A DNA stretch of 64,000 nucleotides from Takakia lepidozioides (lineage: Eukaryota > Plantae > Bryophyta): contig CM060731.1 in assembly GCA_030704615.1 (NCBI GenBank), positions 620,001-684,000 on the forward strand. The letters are read 5' to 3'. Every line of letters begins with the position of its first letter. Positions within the stretch are counted from its first letter, which is position 1. The notes under the pieces were generated by a model, which saw nothing but the letters and a program-made list of their open reading frames with translations, was not told where the DNA came from and ran no database searches. Made by a program: the position numbers and the translations under genes. This document shows positions 12,535 to 23,005 of the stretch, one piece after another.

Positions 12535-13284
12535 CTATGCTATCAACTGCCAGACTTCTCTCAAAGTGCCTCGCTCTGTATAATGGTAAGGTGTAGGAGG
12601 TATATCTATGTCCAGAAACCTGCCACTAACCTTGTCCCAAGCTACAGTAGCTCGCTCTAACCAACCCTCCTCCTCTTTCTGCCAGGTAGAGACAAAGCAA
12701 CACTCCGCTATCTCCCGCTCACTGAACACTAAAGAAAACAAAGGTAGGGTCTGATAGTCTCTCAACTCGAAAACTTTGAGACGGTTGCGGGTGTCTTCAT
12801 TGCGAATGACTGCATCGCCTTCAAACAGAACAAACTTGTCCTCGCTAATGAACCCCCGCTCGTGGTTGCCTTGTGCAGAGCGTGTCCGGCTGCAACACTG
12901 TCTAATTGCACAAACTTGTGCAGCTCCTGCTCCTCTGCTCCGGTACACCACGGCCTTGTGGCTGAACACCTTGGTCCCCGGGGCTGTCTTTGGCTGTGTT
13001 CCAAGCCTAGCTTTCACCCACTTTGGTATTTCACCTACAGCTGCAGAACTGCTGGCTCCAACAGAGTTCTGACTGTCCAAGGCGATATTGAGGCCCTCAA
13101 TGCCAATTACAGCAGTCTGTTGTCTACTGCTAATGCCTGACTCCTAGTATGCAATCAACTCGTCCAACTGTTCTCCACTCAAATCAGTCTGAGTTCCTTG
13201 GGAAACATAAATCCTGTCCCCTTGTGTGCACAGGCTAAGAGAAGAGACCTGCCCTTCAATTACGTCCTCATTTCCCCCAGCCAT
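12535..13284 (-). pseudogene. Accessory ORF of unknown function upstream of gag (~250 codons, one internal TAG)
   Basis: ATG at 13284 is in frame with ORF 12535-13080; one TAG at 13144-13146. Confidence 0.5.
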
Positions 13285-15472
13285 ACAAGGAGTACATCCA
13301 CAGATTTGTCTATCATATAGACCAGCTCAGGTTCTAGAAACAGAATTGTGGATCTTTCATGGCACACTCACATTCTAAAAATTCCATAGATTTTTAGCAG
13401 AGTCCTAAAATCAAAAACCAGGTCTAGGTAGGTAGATTTCCCCTTTCTGCAGCTATCCCCTCAAAAACTGAGTCAAACGGAGCTCATTTGACAAAGATAT
13501 GACCAACCAGGCTCTGAATCCTTTAAATTAGATCAAAAGGTTTTTTTTTTTTTTTTTTTTTTTTAACACCAAAACGTTCTCACCATTAAAAACTGTTCCC
13601 ACGTCTGTTGGGATTCACTGCAGGTTCCCTGTTCCCTGGTTCCCTAAGAATTCCTTAGATTCTTAACTCAATCTCTCCAATGTGGAATTACCATGATAAA
13701 GGTAATGTCCTCATTGGTATGCCAGATTTTCAAAACGAGAACACCTTGTTGAAGCTGCTGCTATCAATGCCATCTTATCGTTGTTGTATGAGAGCCCATG
13801 TCTACTGCCCTGTCAGAGTGACCACAACCAGGATGGCTTTCCGCAACCATTCATGTACTGGGCAAATACATATCAACCACAACAATAAGACCATCACGTT
13901 CAATTTGTGATTTCCAAGGTGGTGCTAATACCTTCATCGACCATTGGCATATACCCCAAGAGCAGCCTAAAGATCGCCATAGCAGAGAGGGTTACAGTAT
14001 ATGCTGGTGCTGTAAACGCTCAAGCTCTCCAGGGCCTCAAACACCACTCTAAACTGGCTTAGGGTGGTTATTACATCCCCATGACCAGGGACATGCACAG
14101 AACCAAGGCGATGGGATGAAGCTGCCCCATCTTGAGAACTGATAGCGGGCTTCCAACTGAACGCAAAATCAAAAGGGAGAAGCTCGGCCTGATGTACCAC
14201 TTCAAGGACCAAGTGATATAATTGGACCTGCACCTGCTGGTGGCCGAAATGCCAAATGTACTACAATGTTTTTTTTTTTCCTTTTTGTCTCACAATTTCT
14301 AACTGCAACTCCGGATCAAAGCACCGCTGGTCATGTATGTAGAGCCTCACCTGGTCTTCCTTCGCTAGGCTGCAATGTTAATATATGAGATCACCCCGTC
14401 TCACAAACATTAATGCCGCCACTGTCGCCTAGACCTGATGCAAGACCTGATCGCAAAGCAGGCTACGCGGCTGGTCCTTCCCTGTGTACATCTATCTCAA
14501 GTCACACACACCGCATCTCATGCTTCTACTGCTGATCAGCTTTTCCTTGCTGGATAGCAGCTTATGCACTTGCTAGAAAATCTAGCCTGACCCTGTCCAT
14601 CCATTTGCTAAGATAAGAAAGCTTGCTTCCTCGCAATGTACAGCTAGACAACCTCACATCAACCAGCCCACAACTACTCCTTCATAGTGGCTGGCTATAG
14701 TCCAATTTGACAGTGTACTTGAAAAACGGGCCGTGTTTCTTGTCTTTCCACACCCACTCCCCGGAATCAAATTGGCGAAGGTAACTGGTGCCTGAAGGAA
14801 CCAATGCAGGAAGGGTTTGGTGTGTAGGCCGTTCACGAGAGAAGGGTTCACCTGGCCTATTACTAAGCAGAAAACCCTGATAGCATAGTATGGATTTTCC
14901 GGAATGTCAGCAAAGATTGGCCCGAAAAGGGAACCTGAGGGCCTGACCTTGAACTTCCAACCCTGCAGCAAATGGCCATTGCGAGAGACAGCAAACAATG
15001 CAGACTTGCTGCCTTGCAAATCGGAACTAACCCAAGGAAGCCAGTCCCACTCATGCTGGCGGAATATCGCTGGTCACCAAATCCCAGCCAGCGCTTTACC
15101 TTCGGTGGAACAATCCACTCACAAAGAATAGGCAGAGCAGAGCAGAGGAGAGGCTAGAGCAGAGGCTGATAGGTGGCAGACCTCCTAGCTCTCCAGCAGC
15201 CCGCCGTAGGTTGAACCTTCCACCCTGAGCCTAGCATGCTTGAAGAAGGGCGGGAATCTTCCAGCTCACTCCTTCTTCCTAGCCTCTACCAGCACCAGCG
15301 CAGGTATAAAACGGCTGTTAAGTAATGCTCAGCAGCCACCTGCAGTTGAGATAACATCAACTGCACCTTCTCCAATTGGGTTTATCAGCAACCTCATTTC
15401 CATTCGGCTGTGGCTCGACCTACTGTCGACTGCGAAAGACCATCGGATGCGCTGCAACACTACATCCTGAGC

Positions 15473-15585
15473 TTAGTCGCAAAGACTGAAACCCATGTCA
15501 TCATCAGACTCCTCCTTCGCTTCCTCCTTTTCTCCGGCAGGTGCAGCAGCAGCACCTCCACCAGAGGAAGCCACCACAACCAGGG
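15473..15585 (-). pseudogene. Captured C-terminus of a 60S acidic ribosomal P-protein (P2-like)
   Basis: Translates to VVVASSGGGAAAAPAGEKEEAKEESDDDMGFSLCD*; plant P-protein consensus is EESDDDMGFSLFD*. Confidence 0.88.
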
Positions 15586-15896
15586 ATGACGCCACCCCAA
15601 ACTGTTTGCACTTCGTGATCCAGCCACTCCCGACTGTTTTGGGTCCGAATCCAAAAGTTTACACGAGTCTCGTCTCCCTCCGTCCTAGTGAAAGAGAGTA
15701 GGGAAGCCAACTATCAAAGTCTTCAACCTCCACACCTCTTGGTTTTCAAACTCACGAGCAGAGACGACAACTAAATCTGCGCGCACAACCCATAGAAACA
15801 GCAGGGCCAGATGGACTCCCGCCCCAAGATATATATTATAATAATGCTAAAACAAACATTGTATCTAGCTTAGCACCAGCACACTAGATAACGCTG

Positions 15897-15909
15897 ATCT
15901 CTCTCGAGT
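15897..15909 (-). promoter_or_regulatory. Non-tRNA primer-binding site complementary to the element's own LTR
   Basis: Abuts the CA end of the 5' LTR; no TGG; exact 13-nt reverse complement of 16097-16109. Confidence 0.7.
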
Positions 15910-16263
15910 GATAAACAAGCTAAAAAGGACACACACTCCCAACACAAGAAATATGAAATCCATCGCTATCACTCATTGAAACAGAAGTCGAGCCAGGGGC
16001 ACCCCAAGCTATGGGGACTCCACCCCACAACAACCTGTACCCCTACATAAGCACACTCAAACCTAAACGATGCAAGAGCTCGGTCGCGCAGGCTCAACTC
16101 GAGAGAGATGAGCTGCGCGACTGCCGCTCTCGTGAAGATAAGACGGACCAGGTGTCAAACTAAACTTGACACCTGATTTAACACTTGACCTAAATCCAAG
16201 TGTTAAATACAAATAACTAGTTTTATTCTAGCTGTTTTCACACTGTGCTTATTTAACTTGACA
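15909..16263 (-). repeat. 5' LTR of the DNMT element (355 bp)
   Basis: Sense strand TGTCAAG...TTTATCA; both boundaries also seen in the relative at 24824-25161. Confidence 0.88.
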
Positions 16264-18624
16264 CTTCCCGCAATTTTTGGAACACCCTTTTCAGGTGCTC
16301 CAGGTGCTCCTCCTTTGTTTTCGAGTACACCAAGATGTCGTCGATGTACACGATCACAAAGTCATCCAACCACTCCTGGAAAAGGCTGTTCATCAGCGTG
16401 CTAAATGTCGCTGGTGCATTGGTGAGCCCAAAAGGCATCACCAAGAACTCATATGAACCATACCTTGTCCTGCACGCGGTCTTCTCCTCATCTCCTTCCG
16501 CCACCCGAATTTGGTGATAGCCGGAGCGCAAGTCGATCCGGCTGAAATACTTCGCTCCTGCCAACCGATCGAAGAGGTCATCGATCCTTGGCAAAGGGTA
16601 CCGGTTTTTGATAGTCACCTTATTCAGAGCCTTGTAATCGACACACATCCGCAGCGTCCCATCCTTCTTGTCTGCAAATAGCACCGGGGCTCCGTAATGT
16701 ACCCCTTTGACATTAGATCCTTGAGTTGAGTCTTCAGCTCGACCAACTCTCTGTGGCTCAACCGGTAGGGCGCCTTGGCAGGCGGTTCCGATCCCGGTAT
16801 CACCTCAATCTTGTGATCAACTCTTCTTCGCGGTGGCAAGCCGCTTGGCAAATCCTCCGGCATCACATCATGGTATTTCTCCAAAATCCCCTTGATCCAA
16901 TCTGGGCTCGGCTCTCCATCGCCTTCTCCCTTCACTTCTCTAATGTAGAGCAAAAACTGGGGCTCGTGTGCCTCCTCCACAGCCCACTCCCTTGCTGATA
17001 GAAGGTTTATTTGCCCTCCCACGGGTTTGGGCGTTTCTGAAACTCGTAAGACCTCGCCACCATTCCAACATGGCAGCGTGACTACCCTCTTGCGGCCATC
17101 TATGACCGCTCCGGATTTGCTCAAAAAGGTCATTCCCAAAATGAGATCCACTCCATCGATCTCGCAGACGGTGAAGTTCTCACGTCCCTCCCAACTCCCC
17201 AGTTGAAGAGGAACATCGAACGCCAACCTCGTCGCCAATTGCGGTTCTCCTTTGGCAGAACGCACCTCAATAGAGGCCCCTATGTCAGTTGTCGGGAGTC
17301 CCAACTTTTGTGCCGTTGCCGGTGTCATGAAGGAGTGCGATGCTCCTGTGTCCACCAACAATGACACGTTAGTTCCAGATATTATCCCATCCACGAACAA
17401 TAAGTGACTCCCTTTACGCAATGCGCCAGTTTCCTCATACAACTCACAAGAATATTTGCCTACCTTGCAAGTCCTGGCGACTACCGCTTCCACCAAGCGA
17501 CTGATGGTATCTTCCGACAGCTCCGTGGTTGCCCGAGTCATGTTCAATTGTCGGGGTTTCGTGCACTTCTTGGCCATGTGCCCGGGCTCTCCGCAATTGA
17601 AACACACTCCATCAAAGGTCGCCTTCTGTCCGCCATAAGCCGCTCCACCCGCTTTTCCTTTCGAAGCACCGGGTGCCGCCTTGACGTGTGAAGGCCCTCC
17701 CTTCGATTTCCACGTGCCATTGTTGCCGCGTGGCCTATCCCACTTCTTTTCCGGTCGGAAGGAGTCACCTTCCCGCCGGGTCTTCTTGTGGTTCAGCTCC
17801 GTACGGCCTTGTCTTTCACCCCTAGGGACATCTGAAAAACATTCAGCCCTCTCAATTGCCTCGTTCAAAGTCTTAGATGGCTTCTCCTCCAACTTCCGCC
17901 TGGCCCATGTGGCCAACCCCGCCACAAAGTTGAAGACCATTTCTGGTTCCGCCATATCCGCGACTTCAAGCAACAGCACATTGAAAGCCTGGACATATCC
18001 CCGAATGTCATCTGTTTGCTTCAAATTCCTCATCTTGTCCCCGGCAAGCCAGGACGCATTGAGGGGCACAAACTGTCTCTTCATCAATTCCTTGAACCCA
18101 CTCCAGTTCAAGGTTTCCGGACTTGGACCTCGGTCGTGAAGGCGTTTCTGCCACCATTGTTGAGCATAGCCCCTCAAATAGGTGGGAGCCACTTCCACCC
18201 GATCCTCGTCACTCAACTTGGCCGCCCGGAAGTACTGCTCTAGCTCCAGGAGCCAGGTGTTGAGTGCCTTCCGATTTCGGACGCCCTCGAAGGTGCCGGG
18301 TTCCTTAGGCTTCACTTTAAACTTTGCCTTAGTGGAAGTGGCATTAGCCGCCTTCAACACGTCTTTCAACGTCCCGCCAAACTGTGCCAACAACCCTTCC
18401 CAAAAGGCTGCCGGCATGGGAGGCATCTGTTGGTTGGTCGGAGCTCTCACGGATTCCTTGGGCTCCGACTCCTCGGATTCCTCCCGCTCTTGAGCGGCCT
18501 CGCTTTCAGAAACCTGCGTCGCTTCCTCAAACGGCCGCTTCGGTGACACGTCGCCCCCATCGGGCTCACCAGGATCATCATCTTTTGGGCCGTTCCGCTT
18601 TCGCTTTGGCTTGCCCGACCCCAT
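16264..18624 (-). pseudogene. Copy A gag-protease-RT N-terminus
   Basis: [35 protein letters not shown]; 19-bp deletion near 16698 relative to copy B. Confidence 0.93.
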
Positions 18625-18665
18625 GATGAGGCCAATCCCAAGGACGATCGCGTACTGAATTCTAA

Positions 18666-18677
18666 GCTCTGATACCA
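18666..18677 (-). promoter_or_regulatory. tRNA-iMet primer-binding site of copy A
   Basis: TGGTATCAGAGC on the minus strand, 2 nt from the LTR. Confidence 0.92.
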
Positions 18678-18679
18678 AG

Positions 18680-19330
18680 TGTCGCGCATCTCACTTCGGT
18701 AAGCTCTCCTTCAAGTCATAGTTACTCGCTCTGATGCGCGCGCCTGACTCCCAACCTGGCCGCCCGGGCCAACTTGGAGCTTCGGCTGCTCACCGGGACA
18801 TAACGGTCCCCCCTTCGCTTCCCACTAAACCCTCCACCTATTTGGGCCTAGGAGAATTCCCTTTGGTAGATGGCAGTTCGGAACAGCTCCCCACTCTTTG
18901 GTCGCTTTCCGGCTCGCTCGCTTACTCACTAGTTTTTGGTCACCAACGGGCTTGCACCGTTCTCGGGCCACGAAAACCCTCGACTCCCGGTGATGAGTCG
19001 CGGTGAGTCTTGGCCCACTCACCACGGCCCCTCTGGACCGTGACGAGTCCCAAGACTCCCCACGACTCCCACCACGAGGTCTCCGCCCCCATGGTGAGTC
19101 CTATGCCACCCCCACTAAGTCCCGCTAAGCTACCACCACCCCTTGTGGAGCCACCCCCACCGCAACCCGGTGTGCGGGGCTCCACCTAGTGAGCGCCTCC
19201 GCCTCCTTGAGTGCCTTGGGCACTCAAGGGTGCTTCAGCCCCCCCATACCTATCGCTGCCGCTGCCCCCACCACAGGGGCAGCCCCTCATGTGTCCCGAC
19301 CCCCTGCCCTCAAGGCAAAGGGCCGCGACA
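18680..19330 (-). repeat. 5' LTR of copy A (~70-bp internal deletion)
   Basis: TG...CA; matches the copy B LTRs. Confidence 0.93.
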
Positions 19331-21584
19331 TATAGTATTGCAGCAACATTCAAAGCACTTCCATCGAAAACATCTAGGCTGGAAAAAGACATTGTTGCAG
19401 CAGAACTTAGGAAAGTACTTCTCCCCTTCCACTACACACGTGAAATGAAAGAAGCCAACCAACAGCATACCAGCCAAAAAAATATGAAACCAGCCAAGAA
19501 AAGAGCCAATATATGCAGTGAAGGTCGACACTAAATGAAACTTATCTAACACTTACATTAGAGGAGGGAAGCTAAGTCATACCTCCATAAGCTTGCCCAC
19601 ATCAAATTTGGGAGCTTTCAGAATTTCTCCTTTCCGGTTGAATGAACTTGGCTACAAGATCCTTCAAATCGCAAGTTTGAGCTTCACACACAATGAACTT
19701 GCAGGGATTGAGCTTCCAATGCGAACCAAGAGTCTTATATTGATAGCATTGTTGTAAAACACATGGACCAACAATGACAGTCTCTGGAATGACATATAGT
19801 ACAGTAATGACATATAGTACAGCATGCCGCTTCCAGTTGACCATCTACCCATGTAGGTTTCTTGTACCTATCCTTCCACAGGGAATCATAGGTAATGTGG
19901 AGCTTGAAATCCAGCCCTCTTGGATGAATGTGGACCCACACTCTATCCCTGCTCCTTCAGCTATCCATGCCTCTGACAGCCTACAATTCTACCAGCAAAC
20001 ACCCCAACCATACTAGTGTGTTCTTCCCCAAAACACCCCAACCCTACTTATCACAATCTGAAATGTATCTGCTTCTCTCTGTAGTCCAACAGGCATTCGC
20101 CTTTTTGTCTCCATTGTCCCACCATTGGGGTCGGAAAGTGTTCACCCCAAAGCTTCTCCTCACCTCTATTATATGTTTTTGGATACTTCCCTACTGCCAC
20201 ACTGGCAGTAACTTGCCAAAGTCACTCCAAACCACCACAGATGTACCCAACGACCTAACTTACAGAATTCAATATGCATCTTGCGGCCGAGTTTGATGAG
20301 AGGGCAACACAGGCTGAAATAGGTTGAAGAAGAAGGTGCCCTACCACATTGTCCTTGACCTGTCCTGACCCATGGACGATTTGACCGATGACCTCTTGTG
20401 TGTGCTGCTTGTGTCTGTAGTCATGTAATGTTGGATTGGTCTGTCAGATCGAACCACTACGGCGTAGATGAGTAGTCAGAGATTGAAACACGCTTGCTAA
20501 GACCAAGCTGACTCTCCCAAGAACGGCGAGCTCGCTTGTCCTCGTCTCCTCTCCTCCTCCTCTTCTCCTTCGTGCATCATTTGCTCAACGCCTCCATCCC
20601 ACGCCCCTGCATATCCTGCTATCATCGCGTTCCATCCCTCAGCTATGTGGTGTGGCGCAGGAGACAAAAAGACGCCAAGTCCCAGCCCTCCTTTCTGTTC
20701 ACGATTACACTAATGAGCAACCTTATTAGCAAAAATTTTAACTTTTTTAAACCTAATGGGCAACCTTATTTGCATTATATGTGCCTTCAAAATGACACGT
20801 GTAGTGATGTAGTCGTATAAATAGAGCTCTGAAACCATCTTCAGTCATGGAGTCATAAGATTCCATGAAACGTCGTCCACGTGTAGTCAAACATATCACA
20901 CTAGTCATATAAACCATCCCTGTCATCATGGTCAACAATGTTTGACCAATGCTCCCTAACTTTCCAGAGTCATGTAGTGATATCCATTACTACAAAGTCA
21001 TAAAACTAAAACTGTAATGCATTTCAGCGCTCTGTAGTCATGTACCTAGTGCAGTTTTTATGACTCCGCCAAACCCGTAGTCCTAAAAACGCTCATCTCT
21101 TGTAGTGTGGACAATCGATTTCAACAGATCTCGGAACTGGTGGAGCTCGATGACAAATGCAGCCAATGATTCAGTAGAAGATGGAGCTTATACATGGATT
21201 GGAACTCATATAAGGGACAATGTGCGTACAGCTTAGGGAGCCCAACAGCGAGCATATGTGTTGCGTCATGCAAAAGTGAGAGAACTCACCACATTGGAAG
21301 AAGGAGTACTGATCATGATGATCAAACCAGGAAAGAAAGTGCAACTTGGAGTTTTTAATGTAGTTGAAGTCGGGGGGCACGAGCTAAGGAACTTCCCGAG
21401 AATGAGGATAGAGTAGATGTACCTACAATGTAAATGTAAAACTCTTTAGGCATCATTGGCATGTATCTACAAACAAAAAGTGAAGGCAAGATGGAGGATT
21501 CTTTTTGCATGAGATCTCAATATCAACACCCTATCATGTTTGCGTCAATGCAAGCATGATTTTGGAATACTAATGAGGTCTTAA

Positions 21585-22240
21585 CCCCTAAACGTCCAAG
21601 GGGGGTCGTTGACTTGACCAAAAAAAATCCACCCGTGCAGTGAAAAATCGCAAGCACTCGCTAGAAAATGAGAAATTTAAAGTTTTGACCGCATATTATG
21701 TGCTCACCTACCACATGAAGACATGTGCAAAATTTGGAGGCAATCGCCCCAGATCTGCAAAATTGCCACCGTTGAATGTGGGGCCCATTCTTTGGGCCCC
21801 TAGTTAAAAAAAAACAAGTTGGAGTCATTATATTGGGAATTTGCTGACGGGATGACATCCGTTTTAGCTGAACCTTCTTCCTAGTTGTCCCCCTCCAGAT
21901 CCTTCATCCGGCAAGATAAAAAGCAGGCGATTTGGCCAAGCAATGTGCTTGTGACACTTGGTCAAAGTAGGGGGGTACACCAAACGTGTGAAGTAAATAG
22001 GACCTGCAAGAGGCCAGCGTACAAAAGGCGCGGGAGGTCTCCAGCCGACCCCCTTGTACTTAAAACAAACTCCTACTCACTGCCCTGAGGGGATCTACGG
22101 GATCTGTAAATGGGAGGTGACAGCCAACTTCTAGGCCCTCAAGATGGCCCAAATTTCACCACAAATGGCCAAGATCTGCAAAAGTTGTGGGCCCCGAAAA
22201 CCTCCAGCGACCCGATTCGGGTCGCTTGGACGTTTAGGGG
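21585..22240. mobile_element. piggyBac-like MITE 1
   Basis: 16-bp TIR CCCCTAAACGTCCAAG; TTAA at 21581-21584 and 22241-22244. Confidence 0.82.
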
Positions 22241-22389
22241 TTAAGGTACAAGCCAAAGTCAGAGATCATGCTTGCTGCACAAAACCCACCTTCATTCTAT
22301 ATTATTTTAGTAGCGAGTGTATGTAAGAAGGAGAGGGGAGGATTTGACAAGGGGCTTGCAGGAGGAGCCAGTGCTGTCGGAACCTCCTA

Positions 22390-23005
22390 AAAGTATATAT
22401 ACCCAGAATTTGGCCATGGGGCTATTCGTTGGAAGGTAAGCTTAAGAGCCAAATAAGCGAGAAAAGAGATGCGTGTGAGCGCCTTGCAGAGTGTCAAGCA
22501 GAGGCGATGTTTGATGAGCATCCGCCAGCTCTCTGTTCGCGTACTTTGCGAGCACTGCCTCAGCATGCTTGGCATGGCGGTGCAGCAATAAGGCTGCCTC
22601 CATAGGGCCAATCAGGTTCAATCTAGTGGCAGCAGACAATCCGTCCCGCAGATTCACGGACAAGAAGGCTCGCTGGGAAGTGATTGGATCCATACCCAGG
22701 ATCCCGAAAATATACCCAAACACTGTGGCGTGATGCCCATAGGCCCTTGCAGGCGTGCCCTTCGTGGATGCCCGGATCTTTAACACCTCTTGAGCAACTT
22801 CTTGAAACACAGTGCCTGCTAATCGTAGGAGGGCTTTTCCTTGGCCCAGGGATGCACATCTCACCACATGATTTGTAAGGACTGCGTGTAACGTGCAATC
22901 TAGTTCTGTGCTCTACAACCGGCTTGCAGCGTACACAAACGGTAGCAACAATGCCCCTGCATTTCCACAGAAGTAAGGGCAAACTTCTCTATCGGTGGTC
23001 AAACA
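22390..23005 (-). pseudogene. ureF: Partial duplicate of ureF (3' two-thirds)
   Basis: Near-identical to ~30320-30945 with small deletions; N-terminal FPTGGFAHS motif absent. Confidence 0.9.

Larger units (their letters stand above)
5507..16263 (-). mobile_element. Ty3/gypsy LTR retrotransposon encoding a C5 DNA methyltransferase (gag-DNMT-RT-RH-IN), inserted in the RT of copy A
   Basis: Ends TGTC...GACA. Removing it plus one CTTC (4-bp TSD, 5503-5506 and 16264-16267) restores the copy-B RT sequence CAGCTTCCCTTCCCGCAA. Repeats at 5593-5831 and 15909-16147. Confidence 0.92.
3710..19330 (-). mobile_element. Ty3/gypsy chromovirus (Galadriel-like), copy A, disrupted
   Basis: TG...CA ends; TSD TATAG at 3705-3709 and 19331-19335. 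5' LTR 18680-19330, truncated 3' LTR 3710-~4324. Same family as 34995-41955. Confidence 0.95.
1..21107 (+). mobile_element. CACTA (En/Spm) DNA transposon; 5' end lies left of the window; interrupted by nested LTR elements
   Basis: TnpD-like transposase at 30-2856. Right terminus ...CTCTTGTAGTG at 21097-21107 (reverse complement CACTACAAGAG). GTAGTCAT/GTAGTGAT-type subterminal repeats at ~20800-21085. Confidence 0.8.

Noticed and set aside
5507-16263. DIRS/Ngaro split-direct-repeat element
   Set aside because: It has a DDE integrase and a TSD, with no tyrosine recombinase; the repeat offset is partly explained by a deletion.
15909-16263. Hammerhead ribozyme in the structured LTR
   Set aside because: No CUGANGA/GAAA core with suitable stems was seen.
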